The notes under the pieces: generated by a model | What the model saw: the letters and a program-made list of their open reading frames with translations, nothing else | Databases searched by the model: none | Told to the model about the DNA's origin: nothing | Virus record (IMG/VR): IMGVR_UViG_3300049023_000021 | Span: 1-44,272 of that record | From: a virus | Lineage: Duplodnaviria > Caudoviricetes | Reading direction: 5' to 3' (one strand) | Length of the DNA stretch: 44,272 nt | Translations under genes and position numbers: made by a program | Part shown: positions 17,501-26,141 of the stretch, in pieces | Numbering within the stretch: the first letter of the stretch is position 1 | How the letters are laid out: each line of letters begins with the position of its first letter

Positions 17501-19414
17501 TGTGTACTTTTGAATGTCGAGCGTGTCGATAGCATAATAATGCGTGCCGTCGTATGCAAGCCCCTGATGAACGTTGATATCAGGGCCAACCGCGCTAACG
17601 TCGTAATTATAGGCCGAACTTGACCCGAGCAAAGCCGCGTTGCGTCCGTTACCGGTACGGTCAACAAGTTCGTTAAAAACGTAAACGCCGTCGTAGTCTG
17701 CCCACACTGCATTACGGCCATTCGTGGCCGTCGGGTCATACTTGCTTATCCCGTTGTAAATGCGGAACGTAAAAACGTTGTCGCTTGCGCTGAGCAAATC
17801 CGACTTATAGAAGCATTCGCCGGTTTCTTCGTTCTTGTTTACCCCGAGAACGTCAATAGGCAACTCGGTGCCGCCCGCGTTGAACACGCGAAGGTTACCG
17901 GCCAACTCGTCAAGATAGGGCCAAGCCGCCGACGGGATATCCTGCAAGCGAAGGTAAACAGGAAACGCGGTTAGGTTGCTGAGCACTTCCCCAGCCGGAA
18001 CCGTAACCGTAAATTCGTAAGTCTGATAAACGTATGTGTAATCAAAGTCAAAATCGGCCGAAATCGGAACCGGCTCTTCAGTCGCTATCTCGTAGTTAAA
18101 CGAAAAGTCAACGTTCAAGGGGAGGGTCAACGTATAGACCTGACCGAGCGACACGCCTTGACTGGTAAGGTCGAAGCTCCCGAGCACTGCCCAGGTGCCG
18201 TCAGGCTGAAGCTCTTCGACGGTGAAAACCTTAATGGTCGTGGTCGCGAAGTTGTCGCCGCGTGCGCGGATTACAAGCTGCGCAAGCTCACCCGAGGAAG
18301 CCGCGTAAACTCCCCAAACCGGCCATGGCGAACTATCCGGCCCGGCTGAATACTGCGTTGAGTTGTTGCCGTCAATCGCCTTGTGTTCGTCTTCCGTCGT
18401 GCTCACCCGGCGGTTAGCGAACGCGCGACCGCCGTTAGCCGCCGCAAAAACGTTTGTGCCGCCGATTGTGTAGTAGCCCTGCACTTCGGCAAAAGAGCAC
18501 TCCGCAGCCGCCGCGCCGAAGTCATCACTAACCACAAGACGGAACGCGCGGTTAGCCCCCCACGCTTGTTCGCAAACGACTTTGTTGATTATCGTGGATG
18601 CAGTCGCAAAGTTAAGGGTCGCAGATTGACCCATAACAATCTCAGTATAGTAAAGCCCTGCGTTTTCATCACCCGCACCGTTACCGCCGACGTAAAGCGC
18701 CGTCGAGCTAGGGTAAGTTACGTCGCGGGCACTCGGTAGCGGCTGGTTCTCGCGAAGCCCCGGCGTCGCGAAAACATTGTTCGCGCTCATAAGAAAGCCG
18801 GTCCAGCCCTGACCGCTAGAGTTAAGGCCGGTCATAGTCGGGTCGATACCCGCCGCCGTCGCGTCAACCTTCGCCTCAAGGCGCGGGAAGCCAGAACCCC
18901 CCAGGTTAACGCCGAAGCGGGTATAAGGCGACGGGTTCGACCCCGATTGCTGTACGATCTTCGCGATAGTTGCGTAAGTTTCGTTCGTGGTGTTGCCACC
19001 GCAGACCACGGCGAGGAACGGGCGCGCGGTCATATAAGGGCGCGTCGTGCCGTCTGTCTCACCCTTCATAAAGTCGTTAGAGCCGTCAAACTTAATCGCA
19101 GCCTTACCGGTCGGCGTCACGTTCCAAAAGAGTTTTGGCCGGTTCGCGTTTGTGTTCTGAATAAGGTCGTCGCCGCCGGTCTGGTCATAAAGACGCATCA
19201 CGAAATAATCGTAATTTTCCGGGGTCAGCGGTACGTTAAGTTCGCCGTCGTCGTTTGCGTAATAATCAATCTCAATGTCAGCCGGGCCACCGCCGACGCC
19301 GGTATAGACGCGAAGGACACGCAGAATTGGGCCGGTGTACGTCGAGATAAGGCGACGCGCACCCCACGCGCCGGTTAGGGTTTCGCTTGTAAGCTGGTCG
19401 TAATAAAGACCCAT
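14537..19414 (-). CDS. giant multidomain distal-tail (Dit-like)/adhesin protein
   Basis: 1625 aa. C-terminal ~370 aa Dit-like (PITERWEYLTSV...DGSEQRSALRREPR). N-terminal lectin/LamG-like, discoidin-like, DUF2341-like and propeller-like segments plus a 12-aa repeat tract. Directly follows the tape measure gene. Confidence 0.78.
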   Translation of the reverse strand: MGLYYDQLTSETLTGAWGARRLISTYTGPILRVLRVYTGVGGGPADIEIDYYANDDGELNVPLTPENYDYFVMRLYDQTGGDDLIQNTNANRPKLFWNVTPTGKAAIKFDGSNDFMKGETDGTTRPYMTARPFLAVVCGGNTTNETYATIAKIVQQSGSNPSPYTRFGVNLGGSGFPRLEAKVDATAAGIDPTMTGLNSSGQGWTGFLMSANNVFATPGLRENQPLPSARDVTYPSSTALYVGGNGAGDENAGLYYTEIVMGQSATLNFATASTIINKVVCEQAWGANRAFRLVVSDDFGAAAAECSFAEVQGYYTIGGTNVFAAANGGRAFANRRVSTTEDEHKAIDGNNSTQYSAGPDSSPWPVWGVYAASSGELAQLVIRARGDNFATTTIKVFTVEELQPDGTWAVLGSFDLTSQGVSLGQVYTLTLPLNVDFSFNYEIATEEPVPISADFDFDYTYVYQTYEFTVTVPAGEVLSNLTAFPVYLRLQDIPSAAWPYLDELAGNLRVFNAGGTELPIDVLGVNKNEETGECFYKSDLLSASDNVFTFRIYNGISKYDPTATNGRNAVWADYDGVYVFNELVDRTGNGRNAALLGSSSAYNYDVSAVGPDINVHQGLAYDGTHYYAIDTLDIQKYTTSWVAVGSPFLLSSIGTPDVNHFGDGTIYDGNLYVVYETYPNSPYDNQHVAVIDPATMTLVTTYDISAQGHEVSSICYDPINDWFVITDFTPAGVNKLHKYDTSFNYLGFITTPNIEKKQGIEYYNNHYWITCDSQVLYKLTLNGVTRTLEWQGDIPGFMEGIAHIGSGNFIILFDNSSGLSAAYTFSPSDGITGLPGWLNLNGAGYARADGFPYRTTWTMGASNVPNNVSSNGAILSYTPIDTSNNFRASLVLRGSVSQYGIWNSTDTWLMATGSAPAIGTRRRLHHTQSGTTNRKIWVNGVLSATDTGCAQRPATKSAAVPSLYIGAEDETVGEVIFGSINYVYLRNGELSANWLLAESSNIENPTGFYTVSETTAPPIDEDFSFDYAIQLGKSASFDYAYNIATQFSFDFVIQLGQSFSFDYASALAATFGFDYALDLGRSFDFDYGYSIAQSFTFDSAIDLGRSYTFEYILNDVLRADFAFDYAVDLGSSFTFDYAYQITADFTFDYKYAVAAIFSSDYAIQLGAAFSFDYQYVITADFDFDYGYQLGKAFSFSYAVQLGTDFDFDYGFGFSVDYSFDYRIATVEVATNFTFSYLINSVPLSGFTLVPETPITERWEYLTSVAVSRDGSEQRSALRREPRLSLDYTYTVTTEAERRLMFDFLHTQMKGVFLVPLYAYGVQITAPVLSGGVNLAYNDERTDIRSGDFVYYMTPDGETGAFEIAQIVGTNSLQFAFGAAFDLPAGSWVMPALEMTADTGAGLNMRALGGSVSVSLQAVENRRALVRPAASDTLTAFDGFPVLDQRHLAEEGITDAFDGGLISLDDAADVRRAIFSPYAGTFVGGVRSYRIDRNGPLMDRWRGLADAMKGKRSPFLISTYRQDLEPGVNSPGTTLDIIGRAYLNKFDQNAFKRIEIEAGGVVSRHVVTGVAEIAGGLRLTLDTGYASANISRVSFLVLVRLNGDVITVTHEQLKTKFNISVRSVDA
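15698..16360 (-). repeat. 18 imperfect tandem 12-aa repeats, consensus (L/I)xxxFxFDYxxx
   Basis: IDEDFSFDYAIQ / LGKSASFDYAYN / ... / VATNFTFSYLIN read directly from the translation. Confidence 0.92.
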
Positions 19415-21453
19415 TATGCCACCCCTAGAATACCGGCGAACTCTTCGCGGTTTGCCTTGACTACGTTAAACAGCGTGTCGCGACCTTCTGCGGTCTGCAT
19501 CGCGCTCAGTATGGCCGACGGATCGAACAGATTGATGACCGTCGGGGCTTCCGCCTGTTGTGTGGGCACGGCTTGCGCGTTGCGCTGTTCCGCCGCCCGC
19601 TGTTCGGGGGTCGATACACGAATAGTTTCGTTCGGGGTAGCCCGCAATTTCACAAGCTGGCTATCGGAACCACCCGAGCCACCTACGCGCGCTTCGCCGC
19701 CTTTCTTGAACCCGAGCGTGCTAATAGTGCTCGTTCCCGTCGTGCTCGTACCGCTACCCGATCCCGAGCCGTTCGCGTCGTAGCTGTTTGCGGTGCCCGG
19801 CATTTGCCCGGTTTTGTCAAGGATTTCGTTCTGAAGCTTCAGTTGAGCCGCCTGTTGCTTGAACAAGTCAGCTTGCGCCTTCAGATTGTCCGTCAACGCC
19901 TTCTGATAATCGATCAAAAGCGAACCAATGGTTGTTCCGAAGCTGTCAATAAACGCGTTGCCCCAATTGTTCCAAAGATCGTAAATGTTGCGCCCGGTTC
20001 CTTCAAACTTGGCAACGAAAACGTCGTTAATATTGGTCTGCTTTTCGGCGGCACTATCCAGGGTGCTGCCCAGCTTCGCCGCGTTGTCGGTGCCCGCTTT
20101 TTGGAAAGCCTTAGCGCCGTCGTCGGAACCCTTTTCGATACCCTTACGCATCGACCCGGCGCCCTTGTCGGAAGCCTTTTCAATCTCTTTGCCGACGGAA
20201 CCGCCCCCGAGCGCCGACTTGATTTGCTTTCCGATATCCGCGCCCGCCGCCTTAAGATCGTTCGCAGCCTTTTCGCCGCGAAACTGAATTTCGGCTTCGT
20301 TGTTGCCGTTGAAAATGAACAGATCACTGAAGTAGTCTTTGATCTGGCCTACGGTCTCTTCAGCCTTAACCGCAAGGTTGGTTAGCCCCTCTTCGCCTTG
20401 GAAGAGATAGACAACGAACGCAGCAAGCGCGGCGGTTGCCGCAATGATGGCCGCAGCCCAAAGCGTAATGGGGTTGGCGACCAGGGCGACGCCGAACGCG
20501 ACGACTTGAGGAACCACGGTCAACAGAACCGACCCCATACGGATCAAGGACGAAGACAGCACGCCGACGGTGCTAATCGCCGCTGTCATGGCACTGCCCA
20601 CAAGCGCAACGGTTATTGCAGCGGCGAGCGCGAGCACGACCGGGGCGACGACGTTCATGTTGTTCGCGAGACCCTGAAGAGCCGCCGCGAACGTGCGCGA
20701 GACAACCGAGGCTTCGGCGCTCGTTGCAATCCATTGCTGAAACGATTGACGCAGCGCGACGAACGACTGACCGATGGTAAGCGGCACGGTCGCGGCAAGT
20801 TGCTGCGTGTCCTGAAGACCGACGGTCAGCGCATCAAAGAACGCCTTAACCGACACTTCGCTATTCTTAACGTCCTGCGTCAACGCAGCGACCGAGCCGC
20901 CCCATTCCTTCGAACCGTTAGCCGCCGCCTGCAAGAGCGGGTAAGCACCGTCGATTAGGGAATTGTATTCCTGAGCTTGCACCATGTTGCCGCCTAGCAA
21001 CTGCCCAAGCTGTTGCAGCGCGCCGGATTGCGCGGCGGTGCCTGCGGTCGAAAGCTTCATTGCCGCCGCAATGCCTTCGGTCGTGCCGACTACGGCGCTT
21101 TGGCTAATCTGCAACTGGTCGGAAACTTCGCTGATTTTCCGATAGACAACGGCCAAATCTTCCGCCGCCTGACCGTTCTTGATTGCGGCGCCATAAATGC
21201 GATCTTGCGTATCGGTGAACGCTTGGCCCTCAAGACCGGCGAGCTTAAGCGAGTTAGAAAGGCGAAGCGCCGCGTCGCTGTACTGGATAAACTCGTTAGC
21301 AAGATAACCCACCGACAAGCCAACCAACGCACCTTTAAGCAAGTCGAGACCGCTTGCCGACTTCTTCGCGCTGTCGCCAATGCTTTCGATTTCACGCTTG
21401 ACCGTAACCGTTCCTTTACTGGTTACGATTACTTGAACGCGTTCAGTTGCCAT
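19414..21453 (-). CDS. tail tape measure protein
   Basis: 679 aa, Ala-rich; tape-measure N-terminal motif (ALQQLGQLLGGNMVQAQEYNSLID), hydrophobic middle, C-terminal GGSGGSDSQLV. Confidence 0.92.
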   Translation of the reverse strand: MATERVQVIVTSKGTVTVKREIESIGDSAKKSASGLDLLKGALVGLSVGYLANEFIQYSDAALRLSNSLKLAGLEGQAFTDTQDRIYGAAIKNGQAAEDLAVVYRKISEVSDQLQISQSAVVGTTEGIAAAMKLSTAGTAAQSGALQQLGQLLGGNMVQAQEYNSLIDGAYPLLQAAANGSKEWGGSVAALTQDVKNSEVSVKAFFDALTVGLQDTQQLAATVPLTIGQSFVALRQSFQQWIATSAEASVVSRTFAAALQGLANNMNVVAPVVLALAAAITVALVGSAMTAAISTVGVLSSSLIRMGSVLLTVVPQVVAFGVALVANPITLWAAAIIAATAALAAFVVYLFQGEEGLTNLAVKAEETVGQIKDYFSDLFIFNGNNEAEIQFRGEKAANDLKAAGADIGKQIKSALGGGSVGKEIEKASDKGAGSMRKGIEKGSDDGAKAFQKAGTDNAAKLGSTLDSAAEKQTNINDVFVAKFEGTGRNIYDLWNNWGNAFIDSFGTTIGSLLIDYQKALTDNLKAQADLFKQQAAQLKLQNEILDKTGQMPGTANSYDANGSGSGSGTSTTGTSTISTLGFKKGGEARVGGSGGSDSQLVKLRATPNETIRVSTPEQRAAEQRNAQAVPTQQAEAPTVINLFDPSAILSAMQTAEGRDTLFNVVKANREEFAGILGVA

Positions 21454-21929
21454 TAGAGCACCCTAGAGATATTAGGAAATTTGAAGGAACGCGCCGCACT
21501 CGCTACCCCGGCGGCGACCCCAGCCCGCACATAGTTTCGAGGCGCAAGCTTAGAATAGCCGTCATTCAATCGGGCAATGTACGGTAGGTTGTTCGTGATG
21601 TAAACCGTGTCATCTGGCTTTCTGCGGGCCATCACGCCTTGAGCCTGAGCGACGGCTTGCTGAAGGTTGGCGGCTTCGCCCATGGTGCCGCCCGAGCCGC
21701 CACGGTAGCGCGATCGATACGGGCTATACGCTTTGTAGGTCAGCCGAAAAGGGGAGTTCAGCCTTACCACGAAGTTCGACCGAGCGCGCCCGGTATCGAT
21801 AGGCGTGCGCCTTACGACTTCGTATTGAATTGACGTAACGATAGAACCAACGAAGGCGTTAACGTCGTCCGCTAACGCCTTCGCAAACTTGTCGAAGAAA
21901 ACGGCGGATTGACGCAAATCATGTGTCAT
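21453..21929 (-). CDS. HK97 gp10-like tail completion / neck protein
   Basis: TPIDTGRARSNF, YITNNLPYIARLNDGYS. Confidence 0.85.
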   Translation of the reverse strand: MTHDLRQSAVFFDKFAKALADDVNAFVGSIVTSIQYEVVRRTPIDTGRARSNFVVRLNSPFRLTYKAYSPYRSRYRGGSGGTMGEAANLQQAVAQAQGVMARRKPDDTVYITNNLPYIARLNDGYSKLAPRNYVRAGVAAGVASAARSFKFPNISRVL

Positions 21930-22290
21930 CTTTCAGCCCCTTTTTCTTCTTGCCCTTCGTACCGGTCTTCGCCTTCTTTTCGGCTTCCGTAATAAACTCT
22001 TGGTCGAGCAACGAAATAACCGTAAACAAGTCTTCGATTTCGTCAGTGGGCATTGAATAGAACCGCCCGTAATTGGTTATCGCATCCCAGGGAATGCGCG
22101 CGCTTTCGAACGGTCGGCATGTGGAAAGCTCTTGAAATGCGTTGAAGTAAAACGCCCCTATCGCGTCGATTGTCGGGGCGTTCTGTATTGCTTCAGGAAC
22201 GGGCCGGTTAAACCGGTAGCAGTCCCTTAAAATCTGCCGTTCGATTGGCCCTTGCTTACGCTCGTAGTCAAGAGCCGCCTTTAGTTTTTT
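21919..22290 (-). CDS. tail assembly chaperone GT extension reached by -1 frameshift
   Basis: Not in the ORF track. -1 frame is open from slippery A AAA AAC (22290-22284): LKAALDYERKQ...AFQELSTCR...IPWDAITNYG...LLDQEF, stop at 21919. Confidence 0.85.
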   Translation of the reverse strand, partial: KKLKAALDYERKQGPIERQILRDCYRFNRPVPEAIQNAPTIDAIGAFYFNAFQELSTCRPFESARIPWDAITNYGRFYSMPTDEIEDLFTVISLLDQEFITEAEKKAKTGTKGKKKKGLKDDT

Positions 22291-22730
22291 ACTGCGTCGT
22301 CAAGCAGCTTTTGCCGGTAGTACTGAGCGTCTTCGGCGGTCTTCTTGACTGCAAGAAAGAAGTCGGGAACGTCGAGGAAGAACGCAACCGCGTTGTCAAC
22401 GGTGAACGGAAGCAAGCCGCCGTTGCCGTCGTCAATCCCCTCTTTCCATTCGGGGGGTTCACCTTCCGGCGCAACGTCCGTTTCCCACAACTTGACGACC
22501 GTTTCGGCCCAAATCGTATAGAAAATCTTCCGGCCCATTTCGTCGGGCATAACGTCCAGGTCAATCGCCCGACCGTGCTTCTTGTGCGCGGCAAGCATCG
22601 CAGCGCCGTAACGCTGGTTCGCACCCCCGGCACGCGCGAGGGTCAGGCGGCAATTGCCCAACTCAAGCTCAATCCCTTCGACTTCCAACTTTTCGGAAGT
22701 CTTCATCTTGTTACGCAAACTCTTTGTCAT
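22281..22730 (-). CDS. tail assembly chaperone (G)
   Basis: LARAGGANQRY, ends AVKN at the slippery site; between tail tube and tape measure genes. Confidence 0.85.
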   Translation of the reverse strand: MTKSLRNKMKTSEKLEVEGIELELGNCRLTLARAGGANQRYGAAMLAAHKKHGRAIDLDVMPDEMGRKIFYTIWAETVVKLWETDVAPEGEPPEWKEGIDDGNGGLLPFTVDNAVAFFLDVPDFFLAVKKTAEDAQYYRQKLLDDAVKN

Positions 22731-22766
22731 AACGCTTTGTCCTTGCGGGGTTGGTAGGCTGAAGCT

Positions 22767-24281
22767 TTACGCTTCAGCCCGGTTCGGGAGGTAATCGAAA
22801 AACACCCAAAGCAGGGTGTAATCCGTATTCGGGTTGAGCTTGGAAGCCGTGGCCGCATCCATCGTGAGCGGAAGCGTAATCGGTTCGTCCTGCTCGACGT
22901 TAAGCCGGGCGTTGCCCAGGGCGATCAGCGGAACGTCAACAACGAAGCCGCTGTTCTCTTTCGCGACCGCCGCAAAAAGCTGAACGTTCTCGTTGTTGCG
23001 CACTGCGGCGACCGCTTCGACCGTCGAGAAATAGGCCGTAGCTTCGGCCATGACTTCGAACGTTCCGGCGGTGATATCGAAGCCACCCAGGACCGCAACA
23101 GCCTTGTTAACCGAAAGGTTGTTGTTGACCATGAGCGTAAGCTCAGTCAAGTAGCCGAACAGCGCGCCGGGGGCTTCGTTGCCGGGGGTATAGATCGAAA
23201 GCCGCATGTTCGCGAAGTCCGACGACGTATTGAAAGCGTCGCGCTCTTCGCTGACCGCACGAGTACCGGCCTTGACGCCTTCGGTTGCCGTGCGCTGCTC
23301 GTTGTCGATTGCAACGAATGCAATGTCGCAATTGATCTTGTCGGCCTGTTCGATCACCATGGAAAATTCACCGGGCACCGCGCCGACGAGGTATTCGGAT
23401 TGCACGTTGCTTGACGCCGTGTCGGGGGCGCCTAGCTTGCGTTCGATCTGGTACGACCGGCGCTTGATCCGGTCGCCGGTTTCGTTCTTGAGAACGCGCC
23501 CGAGATAGACCGCAATCGTTTCCGTCGTGCTGGCTTCGGTGACCATGGCCGCTTCTGACTGGTCGATTTCGATGTAACCGGAAGTGACCGCACGAACGCG
23601 CTTGAAGCCGTTGTTAACGGCGTTGCTGAAGAACGTTCCGGCGGCGTCACCGCCTACGAAAATCCATTCGCCGGGGATGATATCGTAATCGGTGAAATCG
23701 ACTGAAGACGAGGTGAAGCGCGGCCAAGTGCCCGAGGCGTCAACGTCCAGGGTTCCGGCGCCGCAGACGATGCCGACCACTTCGATTTTGGCGCCCGCCG
23801 GGGGCGATCCTTCGACCGTCAGACCGGCAACAGTGACTTCGCCCGCACTCGTGCCGCTGACCGACTTCAGACCGTTGTTCCCGGTCTGAGCGAAGCCGGA
23901 AGCAAAGACAAGCTGACCGGCGGCAAAGCCGGTTTCGTCTGCGACCGCGTAACCCGTGCCGGTGACGGCGGTAGCTTCAGCGCTCAGTTTGCTGCGGTAG
24001 TCCGCGAACATCACGCCTTGCAGAAGGTCGGGCGTGTTGGAAAGGGTGAAGTCTTGGTTGTAGCCGCCGGATGCGTCCAGATCGGTAATCGCGCCCTTCT
24101 TGCGCTGACGACTGGAATTGATCGGGTTACGCGCGAGCAACGTAAGCTCACCCCCGAGGTCGTCATAGCTGTTCGGTTCCTGCGGAACCCAAACCGGCGT
24201 AGCCGGAAGCACGCCTAGCGTCTCTTCTTCAGCGTACGCAAGTTCGGTTTCGTTGCTGTCAATCTTCTTACGGGCTACCAT
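22767..24281 (-). CDS. major tail tube protein
   Basis: 504 aa; EPNSYDDLGGELTLLARNPIN...RQRKKG..TDLDASGG; GGAG RBS; synteny. Confidence 0.88.
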   Translation of the reverse strand: MVARKKIDSNETELAYAEEETLGVLPATPVWVPQEPNSYDDLGGELTLLARNPINSSRQRKKGAITDLDASGGYNQDFTLSNTPDLLQGVMFADYRSKLSAEATAVTGTGYAVADETGFAAGQLVFASGFAQTGNNGLKSVSGTSAGEVTVAGLTVEGSPPAGAKIEVVGIVCGAGTLDVDASGTWPRFTSSSVDFTDYDIIPGEWIFVGGDAAGTFFSNAVNNGFKRVRAVTSGYIEIDQSEAAMVTEASTTETIAVYLGRVLKNETGDRIKRRSYQIERKLGAPDTASSNVQSEYLVGAVPGEFSMVIEQADKINCDIAFVAIDNEQRTATEGVKAGTRAVSEERDAFNTSSDFANMRLSIYTPGNEAPGALFGYLTELTLMVNNNLSVNKAVAVLGGFDITAGTFEVMAEATAYFSTVEAVAAVRNNENVQLFAAVAKENSGFVVDVPLIALGNARLNVEQDEPITLPLTMDAATASKLNPNTDYTLLWVFFDYLPNRAEA

Positions 24282-24296
24282 TGGTCAAGCTCCTAT

Positions 24297-24719
24297 TTAG
24301 GCTATTTGGTGATACTCGAAAGCGCCGGTTACGTCAATGCGGAACCACGGCGAGGCGTCTTGTTCGGTCGGCTCTTCGATACGCACGTTGCGGAACCAAA
24401 CACCGGAAGCCGTGCGCGCGCCTTGGAATATCGTCTGAACGTCTTCGGCTTCACCGTAAGGGGTCAACATACCCTTGCCCGCCTTGGTGTAAAGCTCAAT
24501 CTGGAATACCCCGGCGCGATCCCACAATTTAGAACCGTCGGCGCCGCCTAACGAGCCTTGCCCGCCGTCGGTGTGGTTTACGCGGATGCGTGCCCAGCCG
24601 TCACCGTTAGCCGGTGCGGTGAACTTCTTGTTAGGCAAGTCAACGTTATCCGTTCCGTAATGGTCGGTGAACAGCTTAACAATCTCGCTAACGGCTGCGT
24701 AAACGCTTGGTGCGGTCAT
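24297..24719 (-). CDS. tail terminator protein
   Basis: WARIRVNH, GQGSLG, GVWFRNVRI; position upstream of the tail tube gene. Confidence 0.78.
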   Translation of the reverse strand: MTAPSVYAAVSEIVKLFTDHYGTDNVDLPNKKFTAPANGDGWARIRVNHTDGGQGSLGGADGSKLWDRAGVFQIELYTKAGKGMLTPYGEAEDVQTIFQGARTASGVWFRNVRIEEPTEQDASPWFRIDVTGAFEYHQIA

Positions 24720-25105
24720 GGGCGTTTCATCCCCAGGTAATACAAAAGCGTCGTGTCACCGGGCTTGAACACTTCCGTTGCATTAACGGCCCAAACGCTC
24801 CCGTCGCTGTCAATAGCGCCGGTGAACTGGTCAAACGCGTTCGTACCGTCTGCGGCAATAATTGCGATCTGTTCGCTTTCCTTCATAAGCTCGCGCGAGC
24901 GAACGGAAAGCCCCAGGTTGACCAAGCCCGAGGGATAGACGAAGACGGCACGAATACCGGCCACCTCTTCCGGGTCGGCCACGGGGGCGCCTAGCGGGTC
25001 GGCGCTGTCAACTTCCTGAACTTCTTTCGTAAGCGTAATCAAACGCCCGTACTCCGCAACCATTTCAGTTGCAAACGCAACGTCGGCGGAATAATCATAA
25101 GCCAT
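24716..25105 (-). CDS. head closure / head-tail joining protein
   Basis: Synteny; EMVAEYGRLITL...PGDTTLLY. Confidence 0.7.
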   Translation of the reverse strand: MAYDYSADVAFATEMVAEYGRLITLTKEVQEVDSADPLGAPVADPEEVAGIRAVFVYPSGLVNLGLSVRSRELMKESEQIAIIAADGTNAFDQFTGAIDSDGSVWAVNATEVFKPGDTTLLYYLGMKRP

Positions 25106-25107
25106 CT

Positions 25108-25614
25108 TCAAGCCCTATATGCGCGAAGTGCTCCGCTCCCGTAGGCAAGCAACGGTGCAAGCGCTGCGTCAACCAACGGCATGAGCGGGAGAACTTGGCC
25201 CTGAAGCGCGACCGCTTCAGAGTATTGCGTTTCGATTGGCCCGAGCTTCTTCATTGTCACGAACTGCGCCGCCTGCTTTGTGGGCAGAACGTCAACACCG
25301 CTAAGGACTTCCATAGCGATCTGAAGTTGCGCGCGTTTGAGTGCGTCGGGGATTTCGTTACTGCCCACAACATACACGCCGATTTCGACGCCGGTTCGCG
25401 GGTAGGGAAGCGTTTGTAACATGCTTGTGCGCGCACCCTTCATTTCGCTTTCACGATACAAAAGGTAGTCCGCAGCGCGCACAAGCGGAATGTCGGAAGC
25501 TTCCGTATCGGTAACGGTCACACCGCGCAAGGCTGCGTAAGCGATCAACTCCGCTCGCGTAACGAACGTGTTAGCGTTAGCGACAACCGAACCTGTCTCG
25601 ACAATCAAAGCCAT
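25108..25614 (-). CDS. head-tail adaptor (DnaT-like family)
   Basis: MALIVETGSVVANANTFV, LVRAADYL, QTLPYPR, IPDALKRAQ, KLGPIETQY. Confidence 0.82.
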   Translation of the reverse strand: MALIVETGSVVANANTFVTRAELIAYAALRGVTVTDTEASDIPLVRAADYLLYRESEMKGARTSMLQTLPYPRTGVEIGVYVVGSNEIPDALKRAQLQIAMEVLSGVDVLPTKQAAQFVTMKKLGPIETQYSEAVALQGQVLPLMPLVDAALAPLLAYGSGALRAYRA

Positions 25615-25674
25615 TCGGCACCTGTTAGAATTGCGTTGATAAACGCGGTTTCACTCTTGCGGGAATAGGGCGGG

Positions 25675-26052
25675 TTACGAGGAAGAACCCCAACCCCCTG
25701 TAACGCTGCCAACTTCCGACGCGAGAGGCGACGCCGAAGATTGCGCGCCTTGACCAGTTGCCGCCGTGCCGCCTTCGTTTCCAGGGTTGAGGGTTTCCGA
25801 TTGCGCTTCCTGCGGCGTTTCATTGGCTTCGCCCACCTTCGGATATTTCATGAGATACGCGCCGGGGATAGCCGGGCCTGCGACATAATCGCACTTCTCA
25901 AGTCCACCCGTGATCGGCGCCGAACCATTGCGAACACGAACCGTGGTAGCGTGTACGCGGGCCACTTCCTGAGCTTCCGCAAGCTCGATATCGGTAGCCA
26001 CCATTCCGGCGGTGAAGTAGAGCGTCGTAGTCTTGAACTTGTTAATGTCCAT
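25675..26052 (-). CDS. hypothetical head-associated protein
   Basis: 125 aa after the capsid gene, GGGAG RBS, EKCDYVAG..IP..Y. Confidence 0.7.
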   Translation of the reverse strand: MDINKFKTTTLYFTAGMVATDIELAEAQEVARVHATTVRVRNGSAPITGGLEKCDYVAGPAIPGAYLMKYPKVGEANETPQEAQSETLNPGNEGGTAATGQGAQSSASPLASEVGSVTGGWGSSS

Positions 26053-26083
26053 CGTTGGTACTCCCGTTGCGTTTGGTACTTAC

Positions 26084-26114
26084 AAAAAGAGCCGGGGAGT
26101 TTTCACACCCCGGC
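26084..26114 (-). terminator. intrinsic terminator after major capsid gene
   Basis: GCCGGGG...CCCCGGC followed by TCTTTTT. Confidence 0.85.
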
Positions 26115-26141
26115 CCATGGCATACCGGCCAAATGATCCGG

